Below are positions 1-10,790 of a stretch of 50,677 nucleotides of DNA, in pieces. Origin of the DNA: Mycobacterium sp. GTDB lineage: Bacteria > Actinomycetota > Actinomycetes > RYN-182. The number at the start of each line of letters is the position of its first letter. Positions within the stretch are counted from its first letter, which is position 1. A program made the position numbers and the translations under genes. The notes beneath the pieces are model-generated. The model was not told where the DNA came from and made no database searches. It saw nothing but the letters and a program-made list of their open reading frames with translations. The stretch lies in the NCBI GenBank assembly GCA_025965515.1, contig JAOPWU010000223.1:1-50677 (forward strand), in the 5' to 3' direction.

Positions 1-623
1 CGGTGCGCGGCGAGGAGCCGCGCGGCGATCCCCGCGTCCAGCCCGGCCGGCACCCCGCCCGCCAGTAGCGCCAGGCCGGCCGCCGAGGTGCCGAGGCTGC
101 CCAGCAGGACGACTGCGTCGCCCGGGCGGGCCCCCGAGCGCAGCACCGGCCGCGGCCCGGGGTGTCCGAGCGCCGTCACCGACACCATGAGCACCGGGCC
201 GGCCACCGTGTCGCCCCCCACGACGGGGCACCCGCCGCGCGCCGCCTCGTCCCGCAGCCCGTCGGCCAGCCCGTCCAGCCACGCCACGGGCGTCGCCGCG
301 GGCGCCACCAGGCCGACCAGCAGTGCGGCGGGCCGCCCGCCCATCGCGGTGACGTCGGCGAGGTTCTGCGCCGCCGCCTTGCACCCGACGTCGTGGCCCG
401 TCGACCAGTCGGTGCGGAAGTGGACGCCCTCGACCAGCAGGTCGGTGGTGGCCAGCAGCGCGCCGTCGGGCGCGGCGACGACCGCGGCATCGTCACCCGG
501 GCCGACCGGCGGCGGCGGCGCCCCGAGCCGGGCCGCGACGCGGGCGATCAGGCCGAACTCCCCGAGCTCCCCGAGCGTCCCCGGGCCGCCGTCGGGCGGT
601 CGAACGTCCGAGGGCACCGGCAC
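1..623 (-). CDS. thiL: thiamine-monophosphate kinase ThiL (partial; C-terminal end runs off the window)
   Basis: Absent from the ORF track because it is open at the window edge. My reverse-strand translation from GTG at 623 reads VPVPSDVRPPDGGPGTLGELGEFGLIARVAARLGAPPPPVGPGDDAAVVAAPDGALLATTDLLVEGVHFRTDWSTGHDVGCKAAAQNLADVTAMGG..., which carries the ThiL GDDAAV and VEGVHF motifs. GC3 is very high. Confidence 0.75.
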   Translation of the reverse strand, partial: MPVPSDVRPPDGGPGTLGELGEFGLIARVAARLGAPPPPVGPGDDAAVVAAPDGALLATTDLLVEGVHFRTDWSTGHDVGCKAAAQNLADVTAMGGRPAALLVGLVAPAATPVAWLDGLADGLRDEAARGGCPVVGGDTVAGPVLMVSVTALGHPGPRPVLRSGARPGDAVVLLGSLGTSAAGLALLAGGVPAGLDAGIAARLLAAH

Positions 624-704
624 GCCTCCTGGGATACGTTCACGCCCGCAGCCGGGTGGCGCGGGACCTCCGCCAGCCTGGCACGAGTGCAAAGGAGCAC
701 CCGG

Positions 705-938
705 GTGGTATCGGCCTACATCCTCGTCCAGACCGATGTCGGACGGGCCTCCAGCGTCGCCGAGGCCATCCGCGGCATCTCGGGGGTGACCACCTCCGAC
801 GACGTGACCGGCCCGTACGACGTGATCGTGCACGCGCACGCCCGGTCGATGGACGAACTCGGGCGCCTGGTGATGGCACAGATCCAGGCCGTGGACGGGA
901 TCACGAGGACGCTGACGTGCCCCGTGGTCCACGTCTGA
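705..938 (+). CDS. small Lrp/AsnC ligand-binding-domain protein (77 aa)
   Basis: C-terminal part of track ORF 162..938: VVSAYILVQTDVGRASSVAEAIRGISGVTTSDDVTGPYDVIVHAHARSMDELGRLVMAQIQAVDGITRTLTCPVVHV. This is a typical stand-alone AsnC-type effector domain. AAGGAG lies 7 nt upstream of GTG 705. Confidence 0.7.
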   Translation: MVSAYILVQTDVGRASSVAEAIRGISGVTTSDDVTGPYDVIVHAHARSMDELGRLVMAQIQAVDGITRTLTCPVVHV

Positions 939-1405
939 GCGGGCGGCTCCTGCGCCGACAGCGCCCCTGGCCCCGCGCCGCGGCACTGCTGGCCGCGCTT
1001 GTGGTGCCCGCCTGCGGCCCGGACGCGGTGACCGTCGTCGGCGCACCGCCGGCACCCCCTGCCGGGTGCGCCCCGCTGCTGGCCGCCCTGCCCCCGAGGT
1101 TCGGCGGCCTGGCGCCGCGGCAGGTGTCCCCCGCGGGCGTGTCCGCGCGGGCGTGGGGCTCCCCCGCGGTGGTGCTGCGCTGCGGCGTCGGCGTCCCCGC
1201 GGCGGCGCGGACCGCCACGGCGCAGTACCTCACGGTGGACGGGCTCGACTGGTTCGAGGTCGACGGCCCCGACGCGATCGGCTGGACGACGCCGTTGCGC
1301 ACGCCGGCCGTGTCGCTCACCGTGCCGCGGCGGTACACCGACCAGACCGGCGTGCTCGGGCAGGCCACCGCGGTGGTGCTCGCGCACACCGCGGCCGCCC
1401 GCTGA
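917..1405 (+). CDS. DUF3515-family secreted or lipoprotein (Rv2980-like)
   Basis: Tail of track ORF 656..1405. It has a signal/lipobox-like LLAALVVPACG and the hallmark WGSPAVVLRCGVGVP...DGLDWF...GWTTPLRTPAVSLTVP. The start is uncertain (GTG 917 chosen, which overlaps the upstream stop). Confidence 0.55.
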   Translation: MPRGPRLSGRLLRRQRPWPRAAALLAALVVPACGPDAVTVVGAPPAPPAGCAPLLAALPPRFGGLAPRQVSPAGVSARAWGSPAVVLRCGVGVPAAARTATAQYLTVDGLDWFEVDGPDAIGWTTPLRTPAVSLTVPRRYTDQTGVLGQATAVVLAHTAAAR

Positions 1406-1409
1406 GCGG

Positions 1410-2573
1410 TCAGCGCCGCGCGGGACCGAGCGCCAGGGCCGTGCGGACCAGTACGTCGACGAGCTCGCCGTACGCCACGCCCGACGCCTCCCACATGCGG
1501 GGGAACAGCGAGGCGGGGGTGAACCCCGGCATGGTGTTCACCTCGTTCACCACCAGGCCGTCCGGCGTGAGGAAGAAGTCGACCCGCGCCAGGCCCGCGC
1601 AGTCCAGCGCCCGGAACGCGGCCAGCGACAGCTCCTGCACCGCAGCGGTCTGTGCGGCGGTGAGCTCCGCCGGGACGGCGAGGCCGACCGCATCCGAGAG
1701 GTACTTCGCCTCGAAGTCGTAGAAGTCGAGGTCCTCCCCCAGCAGCACCTCGGCCGGCAGGCTTGCCCGCAGCCCGAGGTCGGGGAACTGCAGCACGCCG
1801 CACTCGATCTCGCGACCGACGACCGCGGCCTCCACCAGGACTCGGCTGTCGCAGTCGCGGGCCGTGGCGACCGCGGCATCGAGGCCCGCGAGGTCGGTGA
1901 CGCGGGTGATGCCGACCGAGCTGCCGCCCCGGGCGGGCTTCACGAACAGGGGCAGGCCCAGCGGCGCCACGAGGTCGCGCAGGCCGGCACCCGTGAGCTC
2001 GGGTGGCACCTCCCGCCAGGGGCCGACGGGCAGGCCGACGGCCGTGAGGATCCGCTTCATGTGGATCTTGTCCATGGAGGCCGCGGACGCGAACACCCCG
2101 CTGCCGACGTACGGCACGCCGGCCAGCGCGAGCAGCCCCTGCACGGTGCCGTCCTCCCCGAACGGGCCGTGCAGCAGCGGGAACACCACGTCCGCCGCGG
2201 CGGTGACGCTGCCGCCCCCCGGCAGCACCCCTGCGGTCCCGGCGGCCTCGACGACGACGCGCCCGCTCGCCCCGGGCGCAGCCCGCAGCGCCACCTCCCT
2301 GCCCCGCGGGTCCACCTCCGGCAGCGCGCGGCCCGGCCCGGTGAGCGCGGGAACCGCAGCCGGCCCGAGCACCCAGCTGCCGTCGCGGGTGATCCCCACC
2401 TCGACGACCTCGTAGTGGTCCTGGTCGAAGGCCCGGACGGCGCTGGCCGCCGAGAGGCAGGAGACGGCGTGCTCGGTCGACCGGCCGCCGTAGAGCAGGA
2501 CGACGCGCACGCGCGCCTGCGACTCGGCGGGCTGCACGGACGGCACGGCGGCGGGGCGGTCTGGGGTGCTCAC
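1410..2573 (-). CDS. ddl: D-alanine--D-alanine ligase
   Basis: Track ORF with VVLLYGGRSTEHAVSCLSA, FPLLHGPFGEDGTVQGLL, LFVKPARGGSSVGI and ARVDFFLTPDGLVVNEVNTMPGFT. Confidence 0.95.
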   Translation of the reverse strand: MSTPDRPAAVPSVQPAESQARVRVVLLYGGRSTEHAVSCLSAASAVRAFDQDHYEVVEVGITRDGSWVLGPAAVPALTGPGRALPEVDPRGREVALRAAPGASGRVVVEAAGTAGVLPGGGSVTAAADVVFPLLHGPFGEDGTVQGLLALAGVPYVGSGVFASAASMDKIHMKRILTAVGLPVGPWREVPPELTGAGLRDLVAPLGLPLFVKPARGGSSVGITRVTDLAGLDAAVATARDCDSRVLVEAAVVGREIECGVLQFPDLGLRASLPAEVLLGEDLDFYDFEAKYLSDAVGLAVPAELTAAQTAAVQELSLAAFRALDCAGLARVDFFLTPDGLVVNEVNTMPGFTPASLFPRMWEASGVAYGELVDVLVRTALALGPARR

Positions 2574-2669
2574 CGAATGACCCTAACCAGAAGCCGCCCG
2601 CGGCCCGGCTCCCCCGGGCGGCGCGGCGCGGTCGTCCTTCAGCTTCCGTGCCTACTCCGCCTACTCCGC

Positions 2670-3671
2670 CTACTCCGCCTTGGCGCTGCGGGACATGAGG
2701 CTGCGGACGACCGCGGCGGGCGCCAGCCCCTCGTGCAGCACCCGGACGGCCTGGGACGTGATCGGCATGTCCACGCCCACCCGGGCGGCCAGATCGGCGA
2801 CCGCGCGGGAGGAGGTCACCCCCTCGGCGACCTGCCGCATGGCGGCGGTGACCTCGGCGACGGTCTTCCCGCGGCCGACCTGCTCGCCGAAGGTCCGGTT
2901 GCGCGACAGCGGGGACGAGCAGGTGGCGACGAGGTCCCCCAGCCCGGCGAGCCCCGCGAACGTCAGGGGGTCGGCCCCCAGGGCGACCCCCAGCCGGCCG
3001 GTCTCGGCCAATCCCCGCGTGATGATGCTGGCCTTGGTGTTGTCGCCGAACCCCATGCCCTCCGCCATCCCGGTCATGAGCGCGATGACGTTCTTGACGA
3101 CGCCGCCCAGCTCCACCCCGACCACGTCGGTGTTCGTGTACGGACGGAAGTAGCTGGTCCGGGACGCGTGCTGCAGGCGCTCGGCGGCCTCGTTCGACGC
3201 GCTCGCGACGACCGTCGCGGTCGGCTGCTCGCGGCCGATCTCGAGCGCCAGGTTCGGGCCGCTGACGACGGCGATGCGCCCGGGGTCGGCGCCGGTCACC
3301 TCGGCGACCACCTCGCTCATCCGCAGCGACGTCCCGAGCTCCAGCCCCTTCATGAGGCTCACGAGCAGCGCGTCGCGGGGGATGTCGTCGGCGGTGGCGG
3401 TCAGCAGGCCGCGCAGCGTCTGGCTCGGGACGGCGAGGACGACGACGTCCGCGCCGGCCAGCGCGCGGGCCCGCTCCGCGCCGGCCGTCACCCCTGCCGG
3501 GAGATCGATGCCCGGCAGGTAGCGCTCGTTGCGTCGCTCGCGCTGCACCAGCTCCGCACGCTGCGGGTCACGGAGCCAGAGCTGCACGTCGGCCTCGGGC
3601 CGGGCGTCGGCGAGCACCTTCGCGAAGGCGGTGCCCCAGGCGCCCCCGCCCAGGACTGCGACGCGCTCCAT
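2670..3671 (-). CDS. gpsA: NAD(P)H-dependent glycerol-3-phosphate dehydrogenase
   Basis: MERVAVLGGGAWGTAFAKVLA Rossmann N-terminus, followed by GVELGGVVKNVIALMTGMAEGMGFGDNTKASIITRGLAE. Confidence 0.95.
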   Translation of the reverse strand: MERVAVLGGGAWGTAFAKVLADARPEADVQLWLRDPQRAELVQRERRNERYLPGIDLPAGVTAGAERARALAGADVVVLAVPSQTLRGLLTATADDIPRDALLVSLMKGLELGTSLRMSEVVAEVTGADPGRIAVVSGPNLALEIGREQPTATVVASASNEAAERLQHASRTSYFRPYTNTDVVGVELGGVVKNVIALMTGMAEGMGFGDNTKASIITRGLAETGRLGVALGADPLTFAGLAGLGDLVATCSSPLSRNRTFGEQVGRGKTVAEVTAAMRQVAEGVTSSRAVADLAARVGVDMPITSQAVRVLHEGLAPAAVVRSLMSRSAKAE

Positions 3672-3806
3672 GACACCTCCGGCGACGGCCCGGCCCCGCC
3701 GCCGGACGATCTCGTGACGCTACGGCCCCGACGGGGTTCGGCGACAGCACCCACGCCGGGACCGGGCGGCGGCCGCCCCGAGAGACGGGTGCGCGACGAT
3801 GGGCGG

Positions 3807-4472
3807 GTGTCGACGCCGGGAGCCGCTGCTGGCGCGCCCGGACCCTGGGTCGTCGTCGTGCCCGTGAAGCCGCTCGACCGGGCGAAGAGCCGGCTGGCCG
3901 CCGTCCCCCCGCAGCGCCGGGCCGCGCTGGCACTCGCCATGGCGCTCGACGTCGTCGAGATCCTGCGGGCCGTCCCGGCCGTGGGGCGCGTGGTGGTCGT
4001 GACGTCGGACGCCACCGTGGCCGCCGCCGCGCGGGAGCTGGGCGACCCGGGCGGGAACGGGAGCCTGGGCGTGCTCCACGACCTGCCGGACGCGGGGCTC
4101 AACCCCGCGCTGGCCTATGCCGCGGCGGTGCTGCGCGCCGACGGGACCGGCCCGCTCGCTGCCGTGCCGGCCGATCTGCCCGAGCTGCGCCCCGGCGACG
4201 TCGCCGCTGCGCTGATCGCGGCCGCCACGGTGGAGCGGGGCATGATTCCCGACGCCGCCGGCACGGGGACGGTGCTGCTGACTAGCCGCAGCGCGCCACT
4301 GCGCCCCGCGTTCGGGCCGGGCTCCGCCGCGAGGCACTGGGCCTCCGGGGCCGTGGACCTGGCGGGCAGCCTGCCGGGCATCCCTGGGCTGCGCCACGAC
4401 ATCGACACCGCAGCCGACCTCGCGGCCGTCCTGCGGCCCGGCCCCCGCACCCGCCGGTGGCTGGAGGGCTGA
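3807..4472 (+). CDS. cofC: 2-phospho-L-lactate / phosphoenolpyruvate guanylyltransferase (CofC/FbiD, F420 biosynthesis)
   Basis: Tail of track ORF 2061..4472: [18 protein letters not shown]...VVVVTSD...[10 protein letters not shown]...[14 protein letters not shown]...[10 protein letters not shown]...HDIDTAADL. It is divergent from gpsA, as fbiD is in mycobacteria. The start is ambiguous between GTG 3807 and GTG 3789. Confidence 0.75.
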   Translation: MSTPGAAAGAPGPWVVVVPVKPLDRAKSRLAAVPPQRRAALALAMALDVVEILRAVPAVGRVVVVTSDATVAAAARELGDPGGNGSLGVLHDLPDAGLNPALAYAAAVLRADGTGPLAAVPADLPELRPGDVAAALIAAATVERGMIPDAAGTGTVLLTSRSAPLRPAFGPGSAARHWASGAVDLAGSLPGIPGLRHDIDTAADLAAVLRPGPRTRRWLEG

Positions 4473-4518
4473 CCGGGGCGGCCTCGCAGATGGCCGGGCC
4501 GACGGGCAGGATGGGGAC

Positions 4519-6795
4519 ATGAGTCTTCCGACGGAGCAGACGGACACGGTGGCCCCTCCGGCGGCCGACCCGGCCCAGGAGGCTGCCGCGGTGCCGGACC
4601 GCATGCTTCTGGGCGGCGACGCCGCGTCCGGGATGCTGGAGACGTTCGACGTGGACGCCCCGCCGCCCCCGGCGCCCGACCTGCCGCGCGACCGGTTCCT
4701 CAACCGCGAGGCGAGTTGGCTGGAGTTCAACGCCCGCGTCCTGGCGCTGGCCGAGGACCCGCGGAACCCGCTGCTGGAGCGCGCGAAGTTCCTGGCCATC
4801 TTCGCGAGCAACCTCGATGAGTTCTTCATGGTCCGGGTGGCAGGGCTCAAGCGGCGCCAGGCCACGGGCCTGACCGTGCGGACGGCCGACGGACTCAGCG
4901 TGGGCGAGCAGCTCACGCTCATCCAGCAGATGACCGCCTCGCTGATGGCCCGGCAGGCGGCCTGCTTCCGGGAGGACATCGCGCCGGCGCTGGCCGAGGC
5001 CGGGATCTGCCTGCTCTCCTGGGACGATCTCGGCGTCCCGGAGCAGGAGCGGCTGCACGGCTACTTCCGCTCGCAGGTCTTCCCCGTCCTCACCCCCCTC
5101 GCCCTGGACCCGTCGCACCCGTTCCCGTACATCAGCGGGCTCTCGTTGAACCTCGCGGTGCTGGTCCGGGACCCCCAGGGCGTGGAGCACTTCGCGCGGG
5201 TCAAGGTGCCGGCGAACGTGCCGCGGTTCGTGGCGGTCACGAGCAGCCCGGGGCAGTCGCGGTACCTCCCGCTGGAGGACCTCATCCGGGCCCACCTGGG
5301 GCAGCTGTTCGCGGGCATGGAGGTCGTCGAGGCCCACGCCTTCCGTGTCACCCGCAACGCCGACGTCGAGGTGGAGGACGACGAGGCGGAGGACCTCCTG
5401 CTGGCGATGGAGCGGGAGCTCGCCCGCCGCCGGTTCGGCCCCGTCGTCCGGTTGGAGGTCGCGGCGAACATGGACGAGCACGTGCTCGACCTGCTGGTGC
5501 GCGAGCTCGAGGTGTCCGACGACGACGTGCTGCGGGTCCCGGGGATCCTCGACCTCACGAGCCTGACGGCGCTGTACGCCCTCGACCGGTCGGACCTCAA
5601 GGACCCCGCGTTCGTCCCCGCAACGCACTCGCGGCTCAACGAGGGGGATGTGCCGCGGAGCATCTTCTCCGTGCTGCGGGAGGGCGACGTGCTCGTCCAC
5701 CACCCGTACGACAGTTTCGCGACGTCCGTGCAGCGGTTCATCGAGCAGGCGGCCGCGGACCCGTACGTGCTGGCCATCAAGCAGACCCTGTACCGGACCT
5801 CCGGCGACTCCCCCATCGTCGACGCGCTCATCGACGCCGCGGAGGCCGGTAAGCAGGTCGTGGTGCTCGTCGAGGTGAAGGCGCGGTTCGACGAGCAGGC
5901 CAACATCCGGTGGGCCCGTGCCCTGGAGCAGGCGGGCTGCCACGTCGTGTACGGCCTGGTCGGGCTCAAGACGCACTGCAAGACCGCACTGGTCGTGCGG
6001 CAGGAGAAGGGCCAGCTGCGCCGGTACGCCCACATCGGCACCGGCAACTACAACCCGAAGACGGCGCGGATCTACGAGGACTTCGGGCTGCTCACGGCCG
6101 CGCCCGACATCGGTGCCGACCTGACCGACCTCTTCAACGTGCTGACCGGGTACAGCCGGCAGACGGAGTACCGCTCCCTGCTGGTCGCGCCGCAGCGGCT
6201 GCGTGACGGGCTGGTGGAGCGGATCGCCTCGGTCACCGAGGCCGCGCGCGCGGGCGGCCCCGCCCAGGTGGACCTGAAGGTGAACAGTCTCGTCGACGAG
6301 ACGATCATCGACGCCCTCTACCGCGCCAGCCAGGCCGGGGTGCGGGTGCGCTGCCTGGTGCGCGGCATGTGCGCGCTGCGGCCCGGGGTGCCGGGCCTGT
6401 CGGAGACGATCACGGTGCGCTCGATCGTCGGCCGCTTCCTCGAGCACAGCCGGGTGTTCCACTTCCACGGTGACGACACCGACGAGTGGTGGATCGGCAG
6501 CGCCGACATGATGCACCGCAACCTCGACCGCCGGGTGGAGACCCTCGTGCGACTCCGGACGCCCGCCACCATCGCGCAGCTGCGGGCGGTGTTCGAGCGG
6601 GGGATGCGGGACGACATCATCGTGTGGGAGCTCGCCGGCGACGGCACCTGGACCCGGCGCAGCACCGCGGCTGACGGCACCCCCCTGCGCGACTACCAGG
6701 AGGAGCTGGTGCGTGACACCGTCCGCCGCACCGCCGACCGCGAGCGGGCGGAGCTGGCCCACCGTACGGAGATCGACCGGACCGTCGGTGCCTGA
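4519..6795 (+). CDS. ppk: polyphosphate kinase 1
   Basis: 758 aa. Contains [60 protein letters not shown]-like [19 protein letters not shown] and FLEHSRVF. Confidence 0.95.
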   Translation: MSLPTEQTDTVAPPAADPAQEAAAVPDRMLLGGDAASGMLETFDVDAPPPPAPDLPRDRFLNREASWLEFNARVLALAEDPRNPLLERAKFLAIFASNLDEFFMVRVAGLKRRQATGLTVRTADGLSVGEQLTLIQQMTASLMARQAACFREDIAPALAEAGICLLSWDDLGVPEQERLHGYFRSQVFPVLTPLALDPSHPFPYISGLSLNLAVLVRDPQGVEHFARVKVPANVPRFVAVTSSPGQSRYLPLEDLIRAHLGQLFAGMEVVEAHAFRVTRNADVEVEDDEAEDLLLAMERELARRRFGPVVRLEVAANMDEHVLDLLVRELEVSDDDVLRVPGILDLTSLTALYALDRSDLKDPAFVPATHSRLNEGDVPRSIFSVLREGDVLVHHPYDSFATSVQRFIEQAAADPYVLAIKQTLYRTSGDSPIVDALIDAAEAGKQVVVLVEVKARFDEQANIRWARALEQAGCHVVYGLVGLKTHCKTALVVRQEKGQLRRYAHIGTGNYNPKTARIYEDFGLLTAAPDIGADLTDLFNVLTGYSRQTEYRSLLVAPQRLRDGLVERIASVTEAARAGGPAQVDLKVNSLVDETIIDALYRASQAGVRVRCLVRGMCALRPGVPGLSETITVRSIVGRFLEHSRVFHFHGDDTDEWWIGSADMMHRNLDRRVETLVRLRTPATIAQLRAVFERGMRDDIIVWELAGDGTWTRRSTAADGTPLRDYQEELVRDTVRRTADRERAELAHRTEIDRTVGA

Positions 6796-7756
6796 CGCGG
6801 TCGCCCCCGCGCCCGGGGACGCGCCGCCCCGCACCGTGCTCGCCGCGGGCGGCGTCCTGTGGCGGCCGCTGGCCGGCCGGGACGGCGCAGCCAGCGACGG
6901 TGTCCCCGCGATCGAGCTCGCGCTGGTCCACCGCCCGCGGTACGACGACTGGTCGTTGCCGAAGGGGAAGGCGGAGCCGGGCGAACTCCCCATCGCGACC
7001 GCGGTGCGCGAGGTCGCCGAGGAGACCGGCGCCCGGGCGCGGCCGGGGCGCCGGCTCGGCCGGCAGCGCTACCAGGTGCCCGACGGGGACCGCATCATCA
7101 CCAAGACCGTGCGCTACTGGGCCATGGAGTACCTGGACGGCGAGTTCACGCCGAACGACGAGGTCGACCGGCTGGACTGGCTGTCCCCGGCCGCGGCCTT
7201 CGCCCGGCTGACGTGGGCGCGGGACCGGACCTTCGTGCAGCGGTTGGTGGCCGGTGCGTTGCAGACCACCACGGTGCTCCTCGCCCGGCACGGGCACGCC
7301 GGCAGCCGCAGCGCGTGGCACGGGCCGGACGACGCCCGCCCGCTGGACGCGCGGGGCCGGGAGCAGGCGGAGGGCCTCGTGGCCCTCGCCGCGGCCTACC
7401 GGGTCGAGCGGGTGGTGTCCGCTCCCCTCGTCCGCTGCCGCGACACGGTCGCACCGGCGGCGGCCGCCCTGGGCCTGGCCGTGACGGACGACCCGCGGCT
7501 CGCCGAGGATTATCCCGAGCCGGACGGGGTCCGTAGCGCGCTGCTGGACTACGCCCGCCGTGGCCGGCCGACGCTGGCGTGCAGCCAGGGCGGCGTCATC
7601 CCGGAAGCGCTGCTGGCCCTGCAGACCGCGGCGGGCCTGCCCGCCGACGGGACGCGGGCCCGCAAGGGCAGCGTGTGGGCGCTGGCCTTCGCCGGGCAGC
7701 GGCTGGTGGACGCCGAGTACCTGCCGAGCGCGGTGCCCCGCCGCGAGCGGGGCTGA
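6788..7756 (+). CDS. mutT1: NUDIX hydrolase fused to a histidine-phosphatase domain (MutT1-like)
   Basis: Nudix box [27 protein letters not shown], then a C-terminal [15 protein letters not shown] (RHG histidine-phosphatase motif). GTG 6788 overlaps the ppk stop (GTGCCTGA). Confidence 0.8.
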   Translation: MPDAVAPAPGDAPPRTVLAAGGVLWRPLAGRDGAASDGVPAIELALVHRPRYDDWSLPKGKAEPGELPIATAVREVAEETGARARPGRRLGRQRYQVPDGDRIITKTVRYWAMEYLDGEFTPNDEVDRLDWLSPAAAFARLTWARDRTFVQRLVAGALQTTTVLLARHGHAGSRSAWHGPDDARPLDARGREQAEGLVALAAAYRVERVVSAPLVRCRDTVAPAAAALGLAVTDDPRLAEDYPEPDGVRSALLDYARRGRPTLACSQGGVIPEALLALQTAAGLPADGTRARKGSVWALAFAGQRLVDAEYLPSAVPRRERG

Positions 7757-7802
7757 CGCCCGCGCCCGACCCTCCCGAGGGACGGCCGGGCGCAGGGGCG
7801 TC
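7755..7802. terminator. putative bidirectional hairpin between convergent mutT1 and leuD
   Basis: GACGCCCGCGCCCG (7755-7768) pairs with CGGGCGC-AG-GGGCGTC (7787-7802): 14 bp with a 2-nt bulge. It spans both stop codons and has no U-tract. Confidence 0.35.
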
Positions 7803-8409
7803 AGACCGCCGTGGCGGTGGGCTTCCAGGACGGCCGGGCGGCCTCGTACGCCGTGATGTCGTCGGCGTGCCGCAGGGTGAGGCCGATGTCGTCCAGCCCC
7901 TCCAGCAGGCGCCAGCGGGTGAAGTCGTCCAGCGGGAAGTCGGCGACGAGGGAGCCGCAGCGGACCTGCCGCTGCTGGAGGTCGACGGTCACCTCGGTGG
8001 TCGGGTCCACCGTGACGGCTTCCTGCAGCTGCAGGACGGTGCTCTCGTCGAGGACCACCGGCAGCAGCCCGCCCTTGAGGGCGTTGCCGCGGAAGATGTC
8101 GGCGAACCGCGGCGAGATGACCGCGCGGAAGCCCCAGTCCTGCAGGGCCCAGACGGCGTGCTCGCGGGAGCTGCCCGTCCCGAAGTCGGGCCCGGCCACC
8201 AGGACCGTTGCGCCGGCGTACTCGGGGCGTTCGAGGATGAACGTGTCGCCTGTCGCGGCGGCCTCGTCGCGCCAGGCGCGGAAGAGACCGTCCTCGAAGC
8301 CGGTGCGGGTGACCCGCTTGAGGAAGTCGCTCGGGATGATCTGGTCGGTGTCGACGTTGCTGCGCCGCAGCGGGACGGCCCGCCCGGTGTGCGTCGTGAA
8401 CGGCTGCAC
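7801..8409 (-). CDS. leuD: 3-isopropylmalate dehydratase small subunit
   Basis: [43 protein letters not shown]...[13 protein letters not shown]. Confidence 0.95.
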   Translation of the reverse strand: MQPFTTHTGRAVPLRRSNVDTDQIIPSDFLKRVTRTGFEDGLFRAWRDEAAATGDTFILERPEYAGATVLVAGPDFGTGSSREHAVWALQDWGFRAVISPRFADIFRGNALKGGLLPVVLDESTVLQLQEAVTVDPTTEVTVDLQQRQVRCGSLVADFPLDDFTRWRLLEGLDDIGLTLRHADDITAYEAARPSWKPTATAV

Positions 8410-8444
8410 GGGAGTGCTCCTGTCGGTCTGGGGGTCGGGCGGGG

Positions 8445-9875
8445 CTACAGGTCGGCGGGCGAGGCGAAGCGGCCCACCACGGCGGTGGCCGCGGCGACCT
8501 CGGGCGACACCAGGTGGGTGCGGCCGCCCTTGCCCTGCCGACCCTCGAAGTTGCGGTTCGACGTGGACGCGGAGCGCTCACCCGGCGACAGTGTGTCGGG
8601 GTTCATGCCCAGGCACATCGAGCAGCCGGCGCTGCGCCAGTCGGCGCCCGCCGTGCGGAACACCTCGTCCAGGCCCTCCTGCTCGGCCTGCGCCTTCACC
8701 AGCATGCTTCCCGGGACGACGAGCACGCGGACGCCCGGGGCGACCGTGCGACCGCGCAGGATCGCCGCGGCGGCGCGCAGGTCCTCCATGCGGCCGTTGG
8801 TGCAGGAGCCGATGAAGACCGTGTCCACGGCGACGTCGCGCATCGGCGTGCCGGGCAACAGGTCCATGTAGGCCAGCGCCCGCTCGGCGGCGTCGCGTGC
8901 GGTCGGGTCCGTCACGAGCGCGGGCTCGGGGACCGACCCGGACAGCGGGACCCCCTGCCCCGGGTTGGTGCCCCAGGTGACCCAGGGGCTGATCTCGGCG
9001 GCGTCGAGCACGACCTCCTTGTCGAAGGTCGCGTCGTCGTCGGTGACCAGCTCGCGCCACGCGGCGACGGCGGCGTCCCAGTCGGCGCCCTGCGGGGCGT
9101 GCGGCCGGCCCTGCAGGTAGGCGAAGGTCGTCTCGTCGGGCGCGATCATGCCGGCCCGGGCGCCCGCCTCGATGCTCATGTTGCAGACGGTCATCCGGCC
9201 CTCCATCGAGAGGGTGCGGATGGCCTCGCCCCGGTACTCGATGATGTAGCCCTGGCCGCCGCCGGTGCCGATGCGGCTGATGACCGCGAGGACCAGGTCC
9301 TTGGCGGTCGCGCCCGCGGGCAGCGGGCCGTCGATGGTGACGGCCATGGTCCTCGGCGGGACGTTCGGCAGCGTCTGCGTCGCCATGACGTGCTCGACCT
9401 CGCTGGTGCCGATGCCGAACGCGAGCGCGCCGAACGCGCCGTGCGTGGAGGTGTGCGAGTCGCCGCAGACGATCGTCATGCCGGGCTGCGTCACGCCCAG
9501 CTGCGGGCCGATGACGTGGACGATGCCCTGGCCCTCGTGGCCCATCGGCAGCAACCGGACGCCGAACTCCTCGCAGTTGCGGCGCAGCGTCTCGACCTGC
9601 GTGCGGCTGACGGGGTCCTTGATGGGACCGCCGAGCAGGTCCGTGGGGACGTTGTGGTCCTCGGTGGCCAGCGTGAGGTCCGGGCGCCGGAGCGGCCGTC
9701 CGGCCAGCCGGAGGCCGTCGAAGGCCTGCGGCGACGTGACCTCGTGCACCAGGTGCATGTCGATGTAGAGGAGGTCGGGCTCGCCCTCTGCCCGGCGCAC
9801 GACGTGCGCCTCCCAGACCTTCTCCGCCAGCGTGCGTCCCACGTCCGCTCCCTGCTTGGTTCCCAGCCTTGGCAT
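8445..9875 (-). CDS. leuC: 3-isopropylmalate dehydratase large subunit
   Basis: [14 protein letters not shown]...[14 protein letters not shown]...[24 protein letters not shown]...[11 protein letters not shown]...[10 protein letters not shown]. The start could instead be GTG 9842. Confidence 0.95.
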   Translation of the reverse strand: MPRLGTKQGADVGRTLAEKVWEAHVVRRAEGEPDLLYIDMHLVHEVTSPQAFDGLRLAGRPLRRPDLTLATEDHNVPTDLLGGPIKDPVSRTQVETLRRNCEEFGVRLLPMGHEGQGIVHVIGPQLGVTQPGMTIVCGDSHTSTHGAFGALAFGIGTSEVEHVMATQTLPNVPPRTMAVTIDGPLPAGATAKDLVLAVISRIGTGGGQGYIIEYRGEAIRTLSMEGRMTVCNMSIEAGARAGMIAPDETTFAYLQGRPHAPQGADWDAAVAAWRELVTDDDATFDKEVVLDAAEISPWVTWGTNPGQGVPLSGSVPEPALVTDPTARDAAERALAYMDLLPGTPMRDVAVDTVFIGSCTNGRMEDLRAAAAILRGRTVAPGVRVLVVPGSMLVKAQAEQEGLDEVFRTAGADWRSAGCSMCLGMNPDTLSPGERSASTSNRNFEGRQGKGGRTHLVSPEVAAATAVVGRFASPADL

Positions 9876-9904
9876 CTCACGATGTGAGATGTACCGTCCG
9901 CTTC

Positions 9905-10612
9905 GTGGACAAGTCTAGCGGTGTCGGCGTCCTTGACAAGGCGGTGGCCGTCCTCGAGGCCGTCGCGGAGCGCCCGCTGTCGCTGGCCGAGCTCGTGGAG
10001 CGCACCGGGATCCCCCGCCCGACGGCGCACCGGACCGCCAGCGCGCTCGCCGTGCACGGCCTGGTCCGCCGCACCCCGGACGGGCGGTTCGGGCTCGGCA
10101 GCCGCCTGGCCCAGCTGGCCACGGCCGCCGCGGGCGCCGACGACCTGCTGCGGCGCGCGGCGCTGGTGCTGCCGCGGCTGCGGGACGAGACCGGGGAGAG
10201 CTCGCAGCTCTACGTCCGGCGCGGCGCCGTCCGGGTCTGCGTGGCGGCTGCCGAGCGGGAGCACGGGCTGCGGGACAGCGTGCCGGTCGGGGCCGAGTTG
10301 CCGATGAGCGCGGGGTCGGCCGCGCAGGTGCTGCTGGCTTTCGCAGCCACCCCCGGAACCGGTGAGCCGGTCGGCGCGTTCTCCCCCGCCCGCCTGGCAG
10401 CTGTCCGGGAGGCCGGGTACGCCGTGAGCGTCGCCGAGCGGGAGGCGGGCGTGGCGTCGGTGTCCGCGCCCGTGACAGGGACCGGCGGGCAGCCGGTCGC
10501 GGCGGTGTCGGTCTCGGGCCCGGCCGAGCGGTTCGCCACCGACGGGCAGCCGGCCGGGCGCCGGTACGCCGTGGCGGTGCTGGCCGCGGCCCGGGAGCTG
10601 TCCGCGGCCTGA
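9905..10612 (+). CDS. IclR-family transcriptional regulator (LtbR-like position, divergent from leuCD)
   Basis: [45 protein letters not shown], plus a C-terminal IclR effector domain ([20 protein letters not shown]). Start chosen at GTG 9905; the track start 9869 would overlap the leuC start. Confidence 0.8.
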   Translation: MDKSSGVGVLDKAVAVLEAVAERPLSLAELVERTGIPRPTAHRTASALAVHGLVRRTPDGRFGLGSRLAQLATAAAGADDLLRRAALVLPRLRDETGESSQLYVRRGAVRVCVAAAEREHGLRDSVPVGAELPMSAGSAAQVLLAFAATPGTGEPVGAFSPARLAAVREAGYAVSVAEREAGVASVSAPVTGTGGQPVAAVSVSGPAERFATDGQPAGRRYAVAVLAAARELSAA

Positions 10613-10625
10613 GACCGCGGGAACG

Positions 10626-10664
10626 CGGAAGGGGCGCCCGCGCGATGCGCGGGCGCCCCTTCCG
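10626..10664. terminator. perfect GC hairpin between the IclR gene and tRNA-Glu
   Basis: CGGAAGGGGCGCCCGCGC-gat-GCGCGGGCGCCCCTTCCG: 18 perfect base pairs that I paired by hand. It lies 14 nt after the IclR stop and 20 nt after the tRNA-Glu 3' end. No U-tract. Confidence 0.6.
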
Positions 10665-10683
10665 ATGTGCGAGCTCGATCTCG

Positions 10684-10756
10684 TAGCCCCGACCGGATTC
10701 GAACCGGCGCCGCCGCCTTGAGAGGGCGGTGTCCTAGGCCGCTAGACGACGGGGCC
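10684..10756 (-). tRNA. tRNA-Glu (anticodon CTC)
   Basis: The reverse complement GGCCCCGTCGTCTAGCGGCCTAGGACACCGCCCTCTCAAGGCGGCGGCGCCGGTTCGAATCCGGTCGGGGCTA folds into a cloverleaf. It has the anticodon loop CTCTCAA and the GGTTCGAATCC T-arm. CCA is not encoded. Confidence 0.9.
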
Positions 10757-10790
10757 CTAGTACTGCCAATTGCTTGGAGATCGTGCTGCG

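Noticed and set aside
4282-6993. 903-aa ORF antisense to ppk
   Set aside because: It is a shadow ORF typical of very high-GC DNA, with a low-complexity Arg/Pro/Gly/Ala-rich translation and no recognisable motifs. The opposite strand encodes an unmistakable polyphosphate kinase.
7757-7800. Expected hupB between mutT1 and leuD, by analogy with mycobacterial synteny
   Set aside because: Only 44 bp lie there, occupied by a hairpin. There is no remnant ORF or scar. This is most simply a lineage difference in gene order rather than a deletion event I can support.
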